Shown: positions 1 through 10,245, numbered from the stretch's first letter. The stretch is DNA of 35,341 nucleotides from Thermomicrobiaceae bacterium (GCA_007124395.1 SLFF01000304.1:1-35341), one strand, 5' to 3'. Program-made: numbers and translations. Notes: generated from the sequence alone by a model not told the origin.

Positions 1-635
1 CGACCGGTCGACTCACCGCGGCCTGGAATGCCGCCCAGCGCGAGAGGCTTTCCGGTCACCACCGACGGCTCATGCCTGTCGACTCGTTTTTCGTACTCAT
101 CCAGGAACCAGGCCATCGTGCGTTCATCGGTGTTGACGTCAGGTGCGGGGACATCGACGTGAGCCCCAATAAATGGTGTCAGGGCGTTGGCGTAGGCTCT
201 GGTGATTCGGGCGAGTTCGCCGGATGAGTGGAGTGATGGATCGCAGACCACGCCGCCTTTTGCTCCCCCGTATGGCAGATCGAGCAACGAGCACTTCCAG
301 GTCATCAATGCCGCGAGCCCGCGTACTTCGTCCAGATCTGCATCCGGGTGGAATCTCACACCACCTTTGCCGGGGCCGAGCACGCGCGAATGCTGGACTC
401 GATAGCCAGTGAAAGCTTCCACCCGGCCGTCATCGAGCTCCACCGGCAATGTCACGGTTATCTCTCGGTCAGGCTGATTGATGAGGTTGAACACCGAGGT
501 ACTGATACCGAGGGTGTCGGCTGCGTTGCGAACATATTGCTGGCTGTCATGCAGGAGAACAGATCCATGCGATTGCGCAGGTGTGGCGCTGTGTTCAACT
601 GCCTGGGACCTGGCCGGTCCAACGGTGGTTGCCAT
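1..635 (-). CDS. gdhA: Glutamate dehydrogenase (Glu/Leu/Phe/Val dehydrogenase family), N-terminal part; the 3' end runs off the window
   Basis: Absent from the ORF track because it is open at position 1. My minus-strand translation from ATG 635-633 reads MATTVGPARSQ...QHSRVLGPGKGGVRFHP...MTWKCSLLDLPYGGAKGGV...VVTGKPLALGGIPGR, which carries the glycine-rich catalytic-Lys GDH signature. GGAAGGA lies about 10 nt upstream. Confidence 0.85.
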   Translation of the reverse strand, partial: MATTVGPARSQAVEHSATPAQSHGSVLLHDSQQYVRNAADTLGISTSVFNLINQPDREITVTLPVELDDGRVEAFTGYRVQHSRVLGPGKGGVRFHPDADLDEVRGLAALMTWKCSLLDLPYGGAKGGVVCDPSLHSSGELARITRAYANALTPFIGAHVDVPAPDVNTDERTMAWFLDEYEKRVDRHEPSVVTGKPLALGGIPGRGESTG

Positions 636-708
636 GATACTGAGGTCCTTCCCGGATTGTCGTTCTTCGAGGGGGATTAATGCCCCTTATGAGTATGGGG
701 GAAGGCTC

Positions 709-757
709 GTGAGATTCTGGTGAGAACCGGTCGTGCTGGTGTGAGAATGTCGTGAGA
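709..757 (-). promoter_or_regulatory. Four perfect GTGAGA direct repeats (TCTCAC in the gdh direction) spaced 11, 21 and 11 bp apart; candidate response-regulator operator in the gdh promoter
   Basis: Copies lie at 709-714, 720-725, 741-746 and 752-757, which is 74-122 bp upstream of the gdh ATG and just downstream of the response-regulator stop at 787. The repeats are seen directly; their function is inferred. Confidence 0.4.
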
Positions 758-786
758 CGCTCTTGCCGGCCGGGAAGGATCGCCGG

Positions 787-1527
787 TCAGTCCTGGTTGC
801 TGGACGACAGGTAGTAGCCAATTCCGCTTCTGGTTTTGATGAACCTGGGTTGAGTCGGGTCTGGTTCGATCTTGCTGCGGAGATACCGGATGTAGGTGCG
901 CAAGTAGGTCAGTTCATCTCGATACTCGGCTCCCCAGACTTCGGAGAGGAGGTCTGTATGCGGGATGACCTGATCCGGATGCCGGGCAAGGGTCAGCAAC
1001 AGGCGGTATTCGGTTGGCGTGAGGCTGATCTCATTTCCGGCCACCGAGACACTGTAGGTGGCCTGATTGATGATGAGGTCTTCGATCTGGATCTGGCCCG
1101 CCGGTTCCGATGATCCTCTGCTGCGCCGGAGCACTGCCCGGACACGCGCCAGTAACTCGCGAGCACTGAACGGTTTGGTGATGTAGTCGTCTGCGCCGAG
1201 CGAGAAACCACGCAGCTTGTCGGGTTCCCGGGTTCGAGCGGTGAGCATGATGATCGGAGTCGACGAGAACCCACGAATTCGCTCACAGACGGCGAATCCG
1301 TCAATAGCCCCGGGTAGCAGGAGATCGAGAATTACCAGGTCAGGTGCCTCGATCGCCGCCATCTCTATCGCGGTCTGACCATCATTGGCGATCAGAACCC
1401 GATGACCCGTCGATGTCAACAGCGTCTCCACCAGCCTGACGAGTTTTGGTTCATCTTCAACCACGAGAATGGTTGCTGGTTGATCGAGAATGGAGTCATT
1501 CATCTCTGCTCGCGTCGTTCCCATCAA
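787..1527 (-). CDS. OmpR/PhoB-family response regulator (receiver plus winged helix, KdpE-like C-terminus)
   Basis: ILVVEDEP...DLVILDLLLPG...MLTAR...ADDYITKPF receiver motifs, and LTPTEYRLLLTLARHP...GIGYYL winged helix. Alternative starts are ATG 1524 and ATG 1503. The 1503 start gives an ATGAATGA overlap with the kinase stop. Confidence 0.9.
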   Translation of the reverse strand: MMGTTRAEMNDSILDQPATILVVEDEPKLVRLVETLLTSTGHRVLIANDGQTAIEMAAIEAPDLVILDLLLPGAIDGFAVCERIRGFSSTPIIMLTARTREPDKLRGFSLGADDYITKPFSARELLARVRAVLRRSRGSSEPAGQIQIEDLIINQATYSVSVAGNEISLTPTEYRLLLTLARHPDQVIPHTDLLSEVWGAEYRDELTYLRTYIRYLRSKIEPDPTQPRFIKTRSGIGYYLSSSNQD

Positions 1528-2596
1528 TCTGTTCGAAGAGCGGCAATGTAAACGTCAGTGTGGTGCCCTCATCAACCTCACTTGCGGCCCAGATTCTCCC
1601 CCCATGCGCCCGCACGATTGCTTCGACGATCGGCAGACCGAGCCCGGTTCCCCGGACACCGTTGGTCTGCCGCTGCGATGTGCGAAAGAACCGTTCGAAC
1701 AACTTGTTGAGATGCTCCGGGGCGATTCCTATGCCCTGGTCAGACACTGCTACAACGGCTTCCGTGTTCCGTATCTCGGCCCGGACAAGGATCATCCCGC
1801 CATCGGGAGAGTACTTGATGGCATTGTCGATCAGGTTGATGAGCACCTGTTGAACACGCTGTTCGTCGGCGAAAACCGTGGTCAGCGCAGAACTGCACGA
1901 CACCACGATTTTATGGCGATCAGTCCGGCGAGCCATCGTTTCCACGGTACGCCGAATCAGCGCTGGAAGAAGCACTGGCTCTGGCTGAATCTCCAGTGCG
2001 CCAGCCTCGATGACGGTGGAATCGAGAAGTTGCGTGACCAGGTCATTCAGTCGATCACTCTCTTCTTCGATTGCGCCAAGAAATTCGATCGTCGTTGTGC
2101 TATCCAGATCGATTTCATCGAGGAGCAAGGCAGACGCGTATCCCTTTATCGACGCGAGCGGAGTGCGCATCTCGTGGGCGAGCATCCCGACGAGGTCGAA
2201 TCGAACATCCGCTGCCTCGGCCATTGCTCGCTGGCGTTCAGCATCGATTGAGCGGCGATTGAGTAAAGCATGGACGATCAACTCTGCTGCCTGGTTCAGT
2301 CTTTGCTCGCACTCTGCATCGATACTGACGCCGGGTTCCCAGTTCACCATAACAATGGCAATCAACTGATCGGCATCCCGAACCGGGAGACAGAGGCGGG
2401 CATCTGGTTCTTCTGGCGAACTCGAATCGGCGACGACTTCGCACCACGCGCGAGGGGGCAAGAGCAACTGCACTGCGTCTGGAAGGTCCTCCAGAAGCTC
2501 AGAGAGAGTAAGGGGCTGCAGTATCGCCTGCATGAATCGCTGCATAGGGTCTATCACGCCAGGGTGCTCGGCAATCATGATCATGATCGGTCTCAC
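1496..2596 (-). CDS. Cytoplasmic sensor histidine kinase with a GAF-like N-terminus and no predicted TM segment, resembling the C-terminal half of KdpD
   Basis: H-box LAHEMRTPLASIKGY, N-box INLIDNAIKYSP, G-boxes SDQGIGI and GTGLGL. GTG start at 2596. The stop overlaps the regulator gene. Confidence 0.88.
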   Translation of the reverse strand: MRPIMIMIAEHPGVIDPMQRFMQAILQPLTLSELLEDLPDAVQLLLPPRAWCEVVADSSSPEEPDARLCLPVRDADQLIAIVMVNWEPGVSIDAECEQRLNQAAELIVHALLNRRSIDAERQRAMAEAADVRFDLVGMLAHEMRTPLASIKGYASALLLDEIDLDSTTTIEFLGAIEEESDRLNDLVTQLLDSTVIEAGALEIQPEPVLLPALIRRTVETMARRTDRHKIVVSCSSALTTVFADEQRVQQVLINLIDNAIKYSPDGGMILVRAEIRNTEAVVAVSDQGIGIAPEHLNKLFERFFRTSQRQTNGVRGTGLGLPIVEAIVRAHGGRIWAASEVDEGTTLTFTLPLFEQIDGNDASRDE

Positions 2597-2608
2597 GAAC
2601 CTGATGAT

Positions 2609-2624
2609 ACGCTACCCACGCTAC
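2609..2624. repeat. Tandem ACGCTAC-CC-ACGCTAC in the divergent kinase/phzF intergenic region
   Basis: 7-mers at 2609-2615 and 2618-2624. TTGACA lies at 2645-2650, downstream on the + strand. Confidence 0.3.
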
Positions 2625-2688
2625 TTGAACCGACAAGCGGATAGTTGACAACCGGGCCAGTGACTATCGGCGACGGAAGGATAGATTC

Positions 2689-3473
2689 ATGACATACATT
2701 CGACAGGTCGACGCATTCACGAAGGTGCCATTCTCGGGTAATCCAGCTGGTGTCTGTATTCTCGAAGAGCCGGCTGATGAGACGTGGATGCAGGCTGTGG
2801 CGGCCGAGATGAACGTTGCCGAGACGGCATTCCTCTGGCCGCTGGATTCGGGATTCAGCCTGCGCTGGTTCACGCCGATCACCGAGGTTGATCTGTGCGG
2901 CCACGCCACGCTGGCAAGCGCGTTTGCGATTTGGGAATCTGGCCTGCTCTCAACCGCTGAATCGCCAGTGTTTTCAACCAGAAGTGGCGAACTGCGAGCG
3001 TCCTGGATCGACAACCGGATCGTGCTCGATTTCCCGATCGAGGGGCCGGAAGACTCCATTGATCCAGCGCCCATCAGCAAGGCGATCAATGTTGCGGTAG
3101 TCGAGGCCAGTCGTAACCGATTCGATTTTTTAGCGGAGGTTGCATCGGAGGCGGAGGTTCGCGGTATTGTGCCGGATCTCCGGGCAATCGCCGGTCTTGG
3201 GTGCCGGGGACTGATCGTCACCGCTCCGTCAGACAATCCAGAGTTCGATTTCGTGTCGCGATTCTTCGCTCCTGTGGTTGGCATCGATGAGGATCCAGTG
3301 ACTGGATCAGCACACTGTTTCCTGGGGCCATGGTGGGGACAGAAACTCGAGAAGACAGAGATGGTCGGCTATCAGGCATCTGAACGCGGAGGGATTGTCG
3401 GAGTCGAGATCCACGGCGACCGCGTGTACCTGAAGGGCAACGCAGTCACCGTGTTCTATGGACAGTTGTTCGG

Positions 3474-3477
<4 letters not shown>
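2689..3477 (+). CDS. PhzF-family (phenazine biosynthesis-like) isomerase
   Basis: MTYIRQVDAFTKVPFSGNPAGVC...AETAFL...FTPITEVDLCGHATLA...PVTGSAHC is typical of the PhzF/YddE fold. GGAAGGA SD. Confidence 0.85.
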
Positions 3478-4910
<1,433 letters not shown>

Positions 4911-5420
4911 CTGGGAAACCTCCTCGGACGACCGAATGACAACAATGGCATTCGATCTCATCACAATTTCACACTTACGGTGCCCACCTTAGCATGTCCG
5001 CGCCACCACGGGTAGTCATACCGACGGTTGGCAAGGTGTTCACCTGTTAGATTTGTGCGGTCTGGACCGTCGCGCGGTTTTCGAATAGTGAACATCGTGA
5101 GACAGATTGTTGACGATGCGGTATAAACTGATGCGAGGTACCAGTGGCTGGCTGAGTTCAGCGAGACCACCGGGCACGAACCGGGGTATCCCACCCGCAG
5201 GGGTTGCGAGTTTCGTAACCGCCGGTGGAACGACATGGGTTGTTCCGGTAGTATTAGCAGCCAGGTAGAAGGGCGCCGCGTGCGCCTCAACTGCAGCCTG
5301 CCACGGAAACGCTTCGACCGGGTTTCTGCCCGGCGTTTGAACGAGTTTCGAGCTCGCTTCGCTTGATGAAGCTCCGCCGTGCCTGGCTCAACGTAGATGA
5401 TGAAACTGGAGGCGTGGTCA

Positions 5421-6431
5421 ATGGCGAGCACGAAGAAGAGCCGCACCAAGGGGTTCCCGCTCGAAAAAGATGATCTGTTGGATATGTACCGGCAGATGTG
5501 TCTGATCCGAGAGTTCGAGGAAGCCTGTGCGCAGCAATACTCAATGGGCAAGATCGCCGGTTTCCTGCACCTCTATATTGGTGAGGAAGCGATCGCTGTT
5601 GGTTCGATCAAGGCGATGGAAGAGCGCGATCATGTGCTGACCCACTATCGGGATCACGGATACGCGCTTGCGCTCGGACTTGATACTGGCGAAGTGATGG
5701 CAGAGCTCTTCGGCAAAGAAACCGGAGTAACCGGCGGCCGTGGCGGCTCGATGCATCTTGCTGATGCCAGCAAGAATTTCTGGGGTGGCTATGCAATCGT
5801 TTCCGGGCATCTGCTGCTCACGGTTGGCCTCGCCTATGCCAGCAAGTATCTGGACGAAGATCGCGTGGCGGTCTGTTACTTCGGTGACGGCGCCACCAAT
5901 GCCGGTGCATTCCACGAAGCTATGAACATGGCAGCCGTCTGGAACCTGCCGGTGATCTTCATGTGCGAGAACAACCTGTACGGTATGGGTACTGCTGTCG
6001 AGCATGTATCAGCCGTTCAGGAAATGGCCAAGAAGGCGCTCGCCTATGACATGCCCGCAATGCAGGTCGATGGCCAGAACGTCACTGAAATGTATGAAAA
6101 GACGAAGGAAGCGCTGGACCACTGCCGCTCGGGCAAGGGTCCGTACTTCATCGAGGCGCTCACCTACCGCTTCCGTGGTCACTCGATGGCTGACCCGGAA
6201 CAGTACCGGGAGCGTGAAGAGATCGACCAGTATCGTGCGTATGACCCGATCCCGCTCTTCCGCGATCGACTGATCGAAGAGAAGGTTGCCAAGGAAGACG
6301 AGCTCGAGAAGATTCAGAAGGCGGCCAGAGAAGAAGTCGAGGCGGCTGTGAAGTTTGCTGATGAGAGCAAAGATCCAGACTTGGATACGCTTGGTGACTT
6401 TGTCTACGCCGATCCGATCACGATCAAGTAA
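5421..6431 (+). CDS. pdhA: Pyruvate/2-oxoacid dehydrogenase E1 alpha subunit (TPP-binding)
   Basis: YFGDGATNAGAFHEAMNMAAVWNLPVIFMCENN TPP motif and YRFRGHSMADP. GGAGG lies 8 nt before ATG 5421. The ORF is open from 5397. Confidence 0.92.
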   Translation: MASTKKSRTKGFPLEKDDLLDMYRQMCLIREFEEACAQQYSMGKIAGFLHLYIGEEAIAVGSIKAMEERDHVLTHYRDHGYALALGLDTGEVMAELFGKETGVTGGRGGSMHLADASKNFWGGYAIVSGHLLLTVGLAYASKYLDEDRVAVCYFGDGATNAGAFHEAMNMAAVWNLPVIFMCENNLYGMGTAVEHVSAVQEMAKKALAYDMPAMQVDGQNVTEMYEKTKEALDHCRSGKGPYFIEALTYRFRGHSMADPEQYREREEIDQYRAYDPIPLFRDRLIEEKVAKEDELEKIQKAAREEVEAAVKFADESKDPDLDTLGDFVYADPITIK

Positions 6432-6469
6432 GTCATTCACGGACTGCAGGAAGGGAACGAGGCTCATAC

Positions 6470-7471
6470 ATGGCACGTGAGATTACGGTACGTGATGCGC
6501 TACGTGAGGCGCTTCGCGAGGAAATGGATAGCAACGAAGCTGTCGTCCTCATGGGCGAGGACATCGGTGCCTACGGTGGTTCGTTTGTCGTCACGGCCGG
6601 CTTTCTCGATGAGTATGGCCGCAAGCGCGTGATCGATACGCCGATTGCCGAGCTGGGGATCGTTGGCAGTGCCGTTGGCATGGCAATGGGTGGTATGCGC
6701 CCGGTTGCCGAGCTGATGACGATCAACTTCAGCCTTCTGGCGATGGATCAGATCGTCAACCACGCCGCCAAGATGTATGCCATGTTCAATGGTCAGTTCA
6801 CGGCACCAGTGGTGATCCGGACTGCCTCTGGCTGGGGACAGCTGGCGGCAACGCACTCGCAGACATTCGAAGGCTGGTACGCACACGTTCCGGGACTCCG
6901 GGTCGTCATGCCGGCCACTCCGGCCGATCACAAAGGCTTCATGAAAGCGGCTCTGCGCGGTAACGATCCAGTCATGTTCATCGAGCATTCACTGATCTAC
7001 CGAAACCGTGGCGAAGTACCGGACGATGATGATTTCACGTTGCCAATGGAGGGCGCCGAGGTTCGTCGCGAGGGTGAGCACGTCACAATTGCTTCATGGT
7101 CTCGCGGATATTACCTGGCAATGGCCGCTGCCGAAGAGCTGGCCAGCGAGGGCATCGAGTGTGAAGTCATCGATATGCGTGTTTTGCGGCCGATGGACAC
7201 GGCGACCGTCGCCGAGTCAGTCCGCAAGACCAACCGGCTTGTTGTTGTTGAAGAGGGCTGGAAGACGCTCGGTGTAGGTTCCGAGATTTCCGCCGCTGTT
7301 CAGGAGCAGGCATTCGATTATCTGGACGCACCGATCGAGCGTGTCGGCAGTCTCGAAATTCCAGTGCCGTACAACCGGCAGATGGAGCGCGCGGTCTTCC
7401 CGGATAAAGACACCGTGGTCGAGGCCGTCCGGACCGTGCTGGCCAAGGACATCAACACGGCAAACGTCTAG
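6470..7471 (+). CDS. pdhB: Pyruvate/2-oxoacid dehydrogenase E1 beta subunit
   Basis: Transketolase-like pyrimidine-binding and C-terminal domains (VVLMGEDIG...VIDTPIAE...). Lies 38 nt after pdhA. Confidence 0.92.
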   Translation: MAREITVRDALREALREEMDSNEAVVLMGEDIGAYGGSFVVTAGFLDEYGRKRVIDTPIAELGIVGSAVGMAMGGMRPVAELMTINFSLLAMDQIVNHAAKMYAMFNGQFTAPVVIRTASGWGQLAATHSQTFEGWYAHVPGLRVVMPATPADHKGFMKAALRGNDPVMFIEHSLIYRNRGEVPDDDDFTLPMEGAEVRREGEHVTIASWSRGYYLAMAAAEELASEGIECEVIDMRVLRPMDTATVAESVRKTNRLVVVEEGWKTLGVGSEISAAVQEQAFDYLDAPIERVGSLEIPVPYNRQMERAVFPDKDTVVEAVRTVLAKDINTANV

Positions 7472-7567
7472 CCGGTTGGCATCAGCCAGTCAGAGTGATG
7501 CCGTGGCTGCGCAACGACGTGCAACTGCGGTCCTGCGATTTGATGAGATGACTCAGAGGAGCGCGAG

Positions 7568-8914
7568 ATGGCCAAAGAAGTCCTCATGCCCCGTATGGGC
7601 TATGACATGGATGAGGGCACCCTCCTGCGGTGGCTGAAAGGCGTCGGTGACACGATCGAGCGTGGCGAGCCGATTGCCGAGATTGAAACAGACAAGACGA
7701 ACCTGGAAATCGAGTCCTTCGAGGGTGGCGTAATCCATAAATTCCTGATCGACGAGGGCGATACCGTCCCTGTCGGACAGGCGATTGCGCTGGTTGGCGA
7801 AGAAGGCGAAGAGATCGCCGACGATGCTGGCTCGAGCGCTTCTGCCGACAGCGGTGCTGCTGAGGAAGAAGCGGTCCAGGAAGCTGCGAAGAGTGCGCCG
7901 ACAGCTCAATCTGAAGAGCCGGCTGTCTCGGCTGCCTCGACCAACGGCGCGAGTGATCAGCCCGCTACTCAGCAGCAAGTTGCTGATCGGAAACCGGGCG
8001 AGCGTGTTCGCGCCTCGCCACTGGTGCGTCGTCTTGCCGCTGAGCACGGACTGAACCTGCATCAGGTCAACGGTACCGGGCCCGGTGGTCGTATCGTCAA
8101 GGACGATGTGATGCCGCTGATCGGCACCGGACAGGCTCAGCAGCCAGCTGCTCAGCCCGCGGCGCAGGAAGCCCCGGCTCCGGCCGCTTCCGCTGATGTC
8201 TTCAGCGAGGATGGCGTGGAGTCCGAACTGCACGACCTCAGCCGCTTGCGGAAGACGATTGCCAAGCGGATGACCGAGAGCTTCTCGCAGCAGCCGCACT
8301 TCTACGTGTCGAACACGATCGACATGGGTGATGCGATGAAGCTGCGTAAGCAGATCAACGCGCAGGTCGAAGACGATACCCAGAAGGTGTCCGTCAACGA
8401 TCTGGTGGTCAAGGCAACCGCGCTGGCGCTGCGCAAGTTCCCGATGCTCAATGCCGCCTACGCCGGTGATCAGGTCAAGGTGTACAAGCGGATCGACATC
8501 AACATTGCGATTGCTGTCGACGGCGGCCTTGTCAGCCCATTCATTCCGGACGCAGACAACAAGCCGATCGGGCAGATCGCGGCAATGGCCAAGGATCTGG
8601 CAAAGCGGGCTCGCGAGGGAGGCCTGACCCCTGAGGAGTATCAGGGCGGCACCTTCACCACGAGCAACCTCGGTATGTTCGATGTTGACCGGTTCATCGC
8701 GATCATCAACCCGCCACAGGCCGGCATTCTGGCCATCGGCAGTATCGCGAAGCAGGCCGTCTGGGATGATGACCGGGAAGAGTTCGTTCCGAAGGACATC
8801 ATGAACGCCACGATCTCCGCTGACCATCGGGTCACGGATGGCGTAGCGGCCGCGCAGTTCCTGCAGGAAGTCAAGCGACTGCTGCAGAACCCGATGCTGT
8901 TGCTGGTGAGCTAG
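7568..8914 (+). CDS. pdhC: Dihydrolipoamide acyltransferase E2
   Basis: Lipoyl domain with IETDKTNLEIES, an Ala/Pro/Gln-rich linker, a subunit-binding domain (ASPLVRRLAAEHGL) and catalytic SADHRVTDG. Confidence 0.92.
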   Translation: MAKEVLMPRMGYDMDEGTLLRWLKGVGDTIERGEPIAEIETDKTNLEIESFEGGVIHKFLIDEGDTVPVGQAIALVGEEGEEIADDAGSSASADSGAAEEEAVQEAAKSAPTAQSEEPAVSAASTNGASDQPATQQQVADRKPGERVRASPLVRRLAAEHGLNLHQVNGTGPGGRIVKDDVMPLIGTGQAQQPAAQPAAQEAPAPAASADVFSEDGVESELHDLSRLRKTIAKRMTESFSQQPHFYVSNTIDMGDAMKLRKQINAQVEDDTQKVSVNDLVVKATALALRKFPMLNAAYAGDQVKVYKRIDINIAIAVDGGLVSPFIPDADNKPIGQIAAMAKDLAKRAREGGLTPEEYQGGTFTTSNLGMFDVDRFIAIINPPQAGILAIGSIAKQAVWDDDREEFVPKDIMNATISADHRVTDGVAAAQFLQEVKRLLQNPMLLLVS

Positions 8915-8945
8915 CGGCGATGCAAGCATCGTAGATATGAATCAG

Positions 8946-8981
8946 AAACGGGGCGGCCACATCGGCCGTCCCGTTTTGTTG
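8946..8981 (+). terminator. Rho-independent terminator after pdhC
   Basis: AAACGGGGCGGCC (8946-8958) pairs with GGCCGTCCCGTTT (8964-8976): 13 bp with one G-U and a 5-nt loop, followed by a T-rich tail. Confidence 0.8.
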
Positions 8982-9025
8982 TGTCCGGGGTGATCGTTGT
9001 GTGCCGGGCCAGCATCGCGAAGAAG

Positions 9026-9136
9026 CTGTCATCCCGAGCTTGCCGAGGGACCTGAGTCGTTGGCAAGGGGTCCGCTTCTGACAAACGGTCTAGGCTGGCG
9101 ACGTCAGAGATCTCTCCACGCTGGTCGAGATGACAG
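9026..9136. repeat. Imperfect long inverted repeat (REP/MITE-like hairpin element) between the convergent pdhC and mnmA genes
   Basis: CTGTCATCCCGA (9026-9037) against TCGAGATGACAG (9125-9136) matches at 11 of 12 positions. The arms continue at about 65 percent identity (GAGGGACCT vs GAGAGATCT). Internal stem CTTGCC 9039-9044 / GGCAAG 9062-9067. Confidence 0.5.
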
Positions 9137-9171
9137 AGTGGGGGGAGTCGATATAACAATGATATGGATAT

Positions 9172-10245
9172 CTAGTGTTCCGGTGCCTCGTGGGGAATGA
9201 CCTGGCGGGCAATACCGCCGCCGATCAGGCGATTGCCGCTGTAGAGCACCACGGCCTGCCCGGTGGCCAATGGCGGACCCGGCTCGATGAAATCCACTCG
9301 TTCACCGTCCAGACGAACCGGAAAACGCGGCCCCTGATAGCGAACGCGGGCTTCGATGTCGCCGGGAATCTCGCTGTGCCAGATCGGGTCTTCCAGAACC
9401 GCAGCGCTGGTGAGGATTCGATCCTTCGTGGCAACTCTCACCGCACCCGACTCCGGGTCGATTGACGAGACGTACTTGCGTTCCGGTGTAGTGAGGTTCC
9501 ATTGCAGTCCACGACGCTGTCCGATGGTGACATAGGCGATACCCGGATGCTCACCGACGATGCGCCCACCTTCGTCGATCATCGGTCCTGGCTGGCCAGC
9601 CTCCGGACGAGCTTCCGATACCAGATTGCCGACACCCCCGGCAGTCTTGGCGAAGCAGAGGTCGACGGAAGACGCTTTGCTGTGGACATGCAAGTTGCCT
9701 GAGAGCGCCAGATCGCGGACTGTCTGCTTGTCCATCTCACCGAGCGGGAACTGCAAGCGGGAGAGATCATCATGGGTCAACCGGTAGAGTGCGTAGGACT
9801 GATCACGTCGCGGGTCATCGCCCTCGGCCAGGAACCACCGCCCCTCATGCCAGACTCGTCGAACGTAGTGTCCGGTAGCGACGTACTCGATTCCCAGCGA
9901 ATCAGCCAGCTTGAGCAGGGCCGGAATCCGGACCCGGTGATTGCAATTCAGACAGGGATTCGGAGTACGGGCAGCGGCGTAGGAATCAATGGTGAACTGG
10001 GCGACCTCACGGGTGAAATCATCCCGGACATCTCGCACATAGAACGGTATGTCGACCCTGGCCGCAACCTGCCGGGCATCTTCGGCGGCCTGATCACCGC
10101 AGCAGATTCCCTCTTCAAGGCTTTCGGGATCGGAATCGAACAGGCGAAGATGGATCCCGATAGGATCCCATCCTTGCTGCTTGAATGTGAGTGCAGTGAC
10201 CGCGCTATCGACTCCGCCGGAGAGCGCGACAAGTATCTTCGCCAT
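9172..10245 (-). CDS. mnmA: tRNA-specific 2-thiouridylase
   Basis: MAKILVALSGGVDSAV PP-loop, CLNCN and full-length family-like sequence. Confidence 0.93.
   Translation of the reverse strand: MAKILVALSGGVDSAVTALTFKQQGWDPIGIHLRLFDSDPESLEEGICCGDQAAEDARQVAARVDIPFYVRDVRDDFTREVAQFTIDSYAAARTPNPCLNCNHRVRIPALLKLADSLGIEYVATGHYVRRVWHEGRWFLAEGDDPRRDQSYALYRLTHDDLSRLQFPLGEMDKQTVRDLALSGNLHVHSKASSVDLCFAKTAGGVGNLVSEARPEAGQPGPMIDEGGRIVGEHPGIAYVTIGQRRGLQWNLTTPERKYVSSIDPESGAVRVATKDRILTSAAVLEDPIWHSEIPGDIEARVRYQGPRFPVRLDGERVDFIEPGPPLATGQAVVLYSGNRLIGGGIARQVIPHEAPEH

Noticed and set aside
5140-5310. SRP RNA or TPP riboswitch in the pdhA upstream region (AGCAGCCAGG and CTGAG...GAACC... strings)
   Set aside because: The would-be SRP helix 8 has no GNRA loop (GGUA) and the flanks do not pair. 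The TPP core motifs (CUGAGA, ACCUGAUCUGGAUAAUGCCAGCG) are not present.
4961-5551. 196-aa minus-strand ORF spanning the pyk/pdhA spacer
   Set aside because: It overlaps the pdhA start, has an extremely Arg/Ser-rich composition and has no SD. It is the only long ORF in the spacer and is probably a chance open frame.
7553-8929. 458-aa ORF antisense to pdhC. Similar long antisense or overlapping ORFs are 26253..27497, 10544..11461, 13149..14039, 9948..10541, 15754..16389, 2664..3284 and 6500..6988.
   Set aside because: These are shadow ORFs, typical of GC-rich DNA. They are Arg/Ser/Pro-rich with no recognisable motifs, and each lies opposite a gene with clear family signatures.
8997-9200. 67-aa ORF in the pdhC/mnmA spacer
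   Set aside because: It is the translation of the palindromic repeat element (…SCHPELAEGPES…) and it overlaps the mnmA stop.
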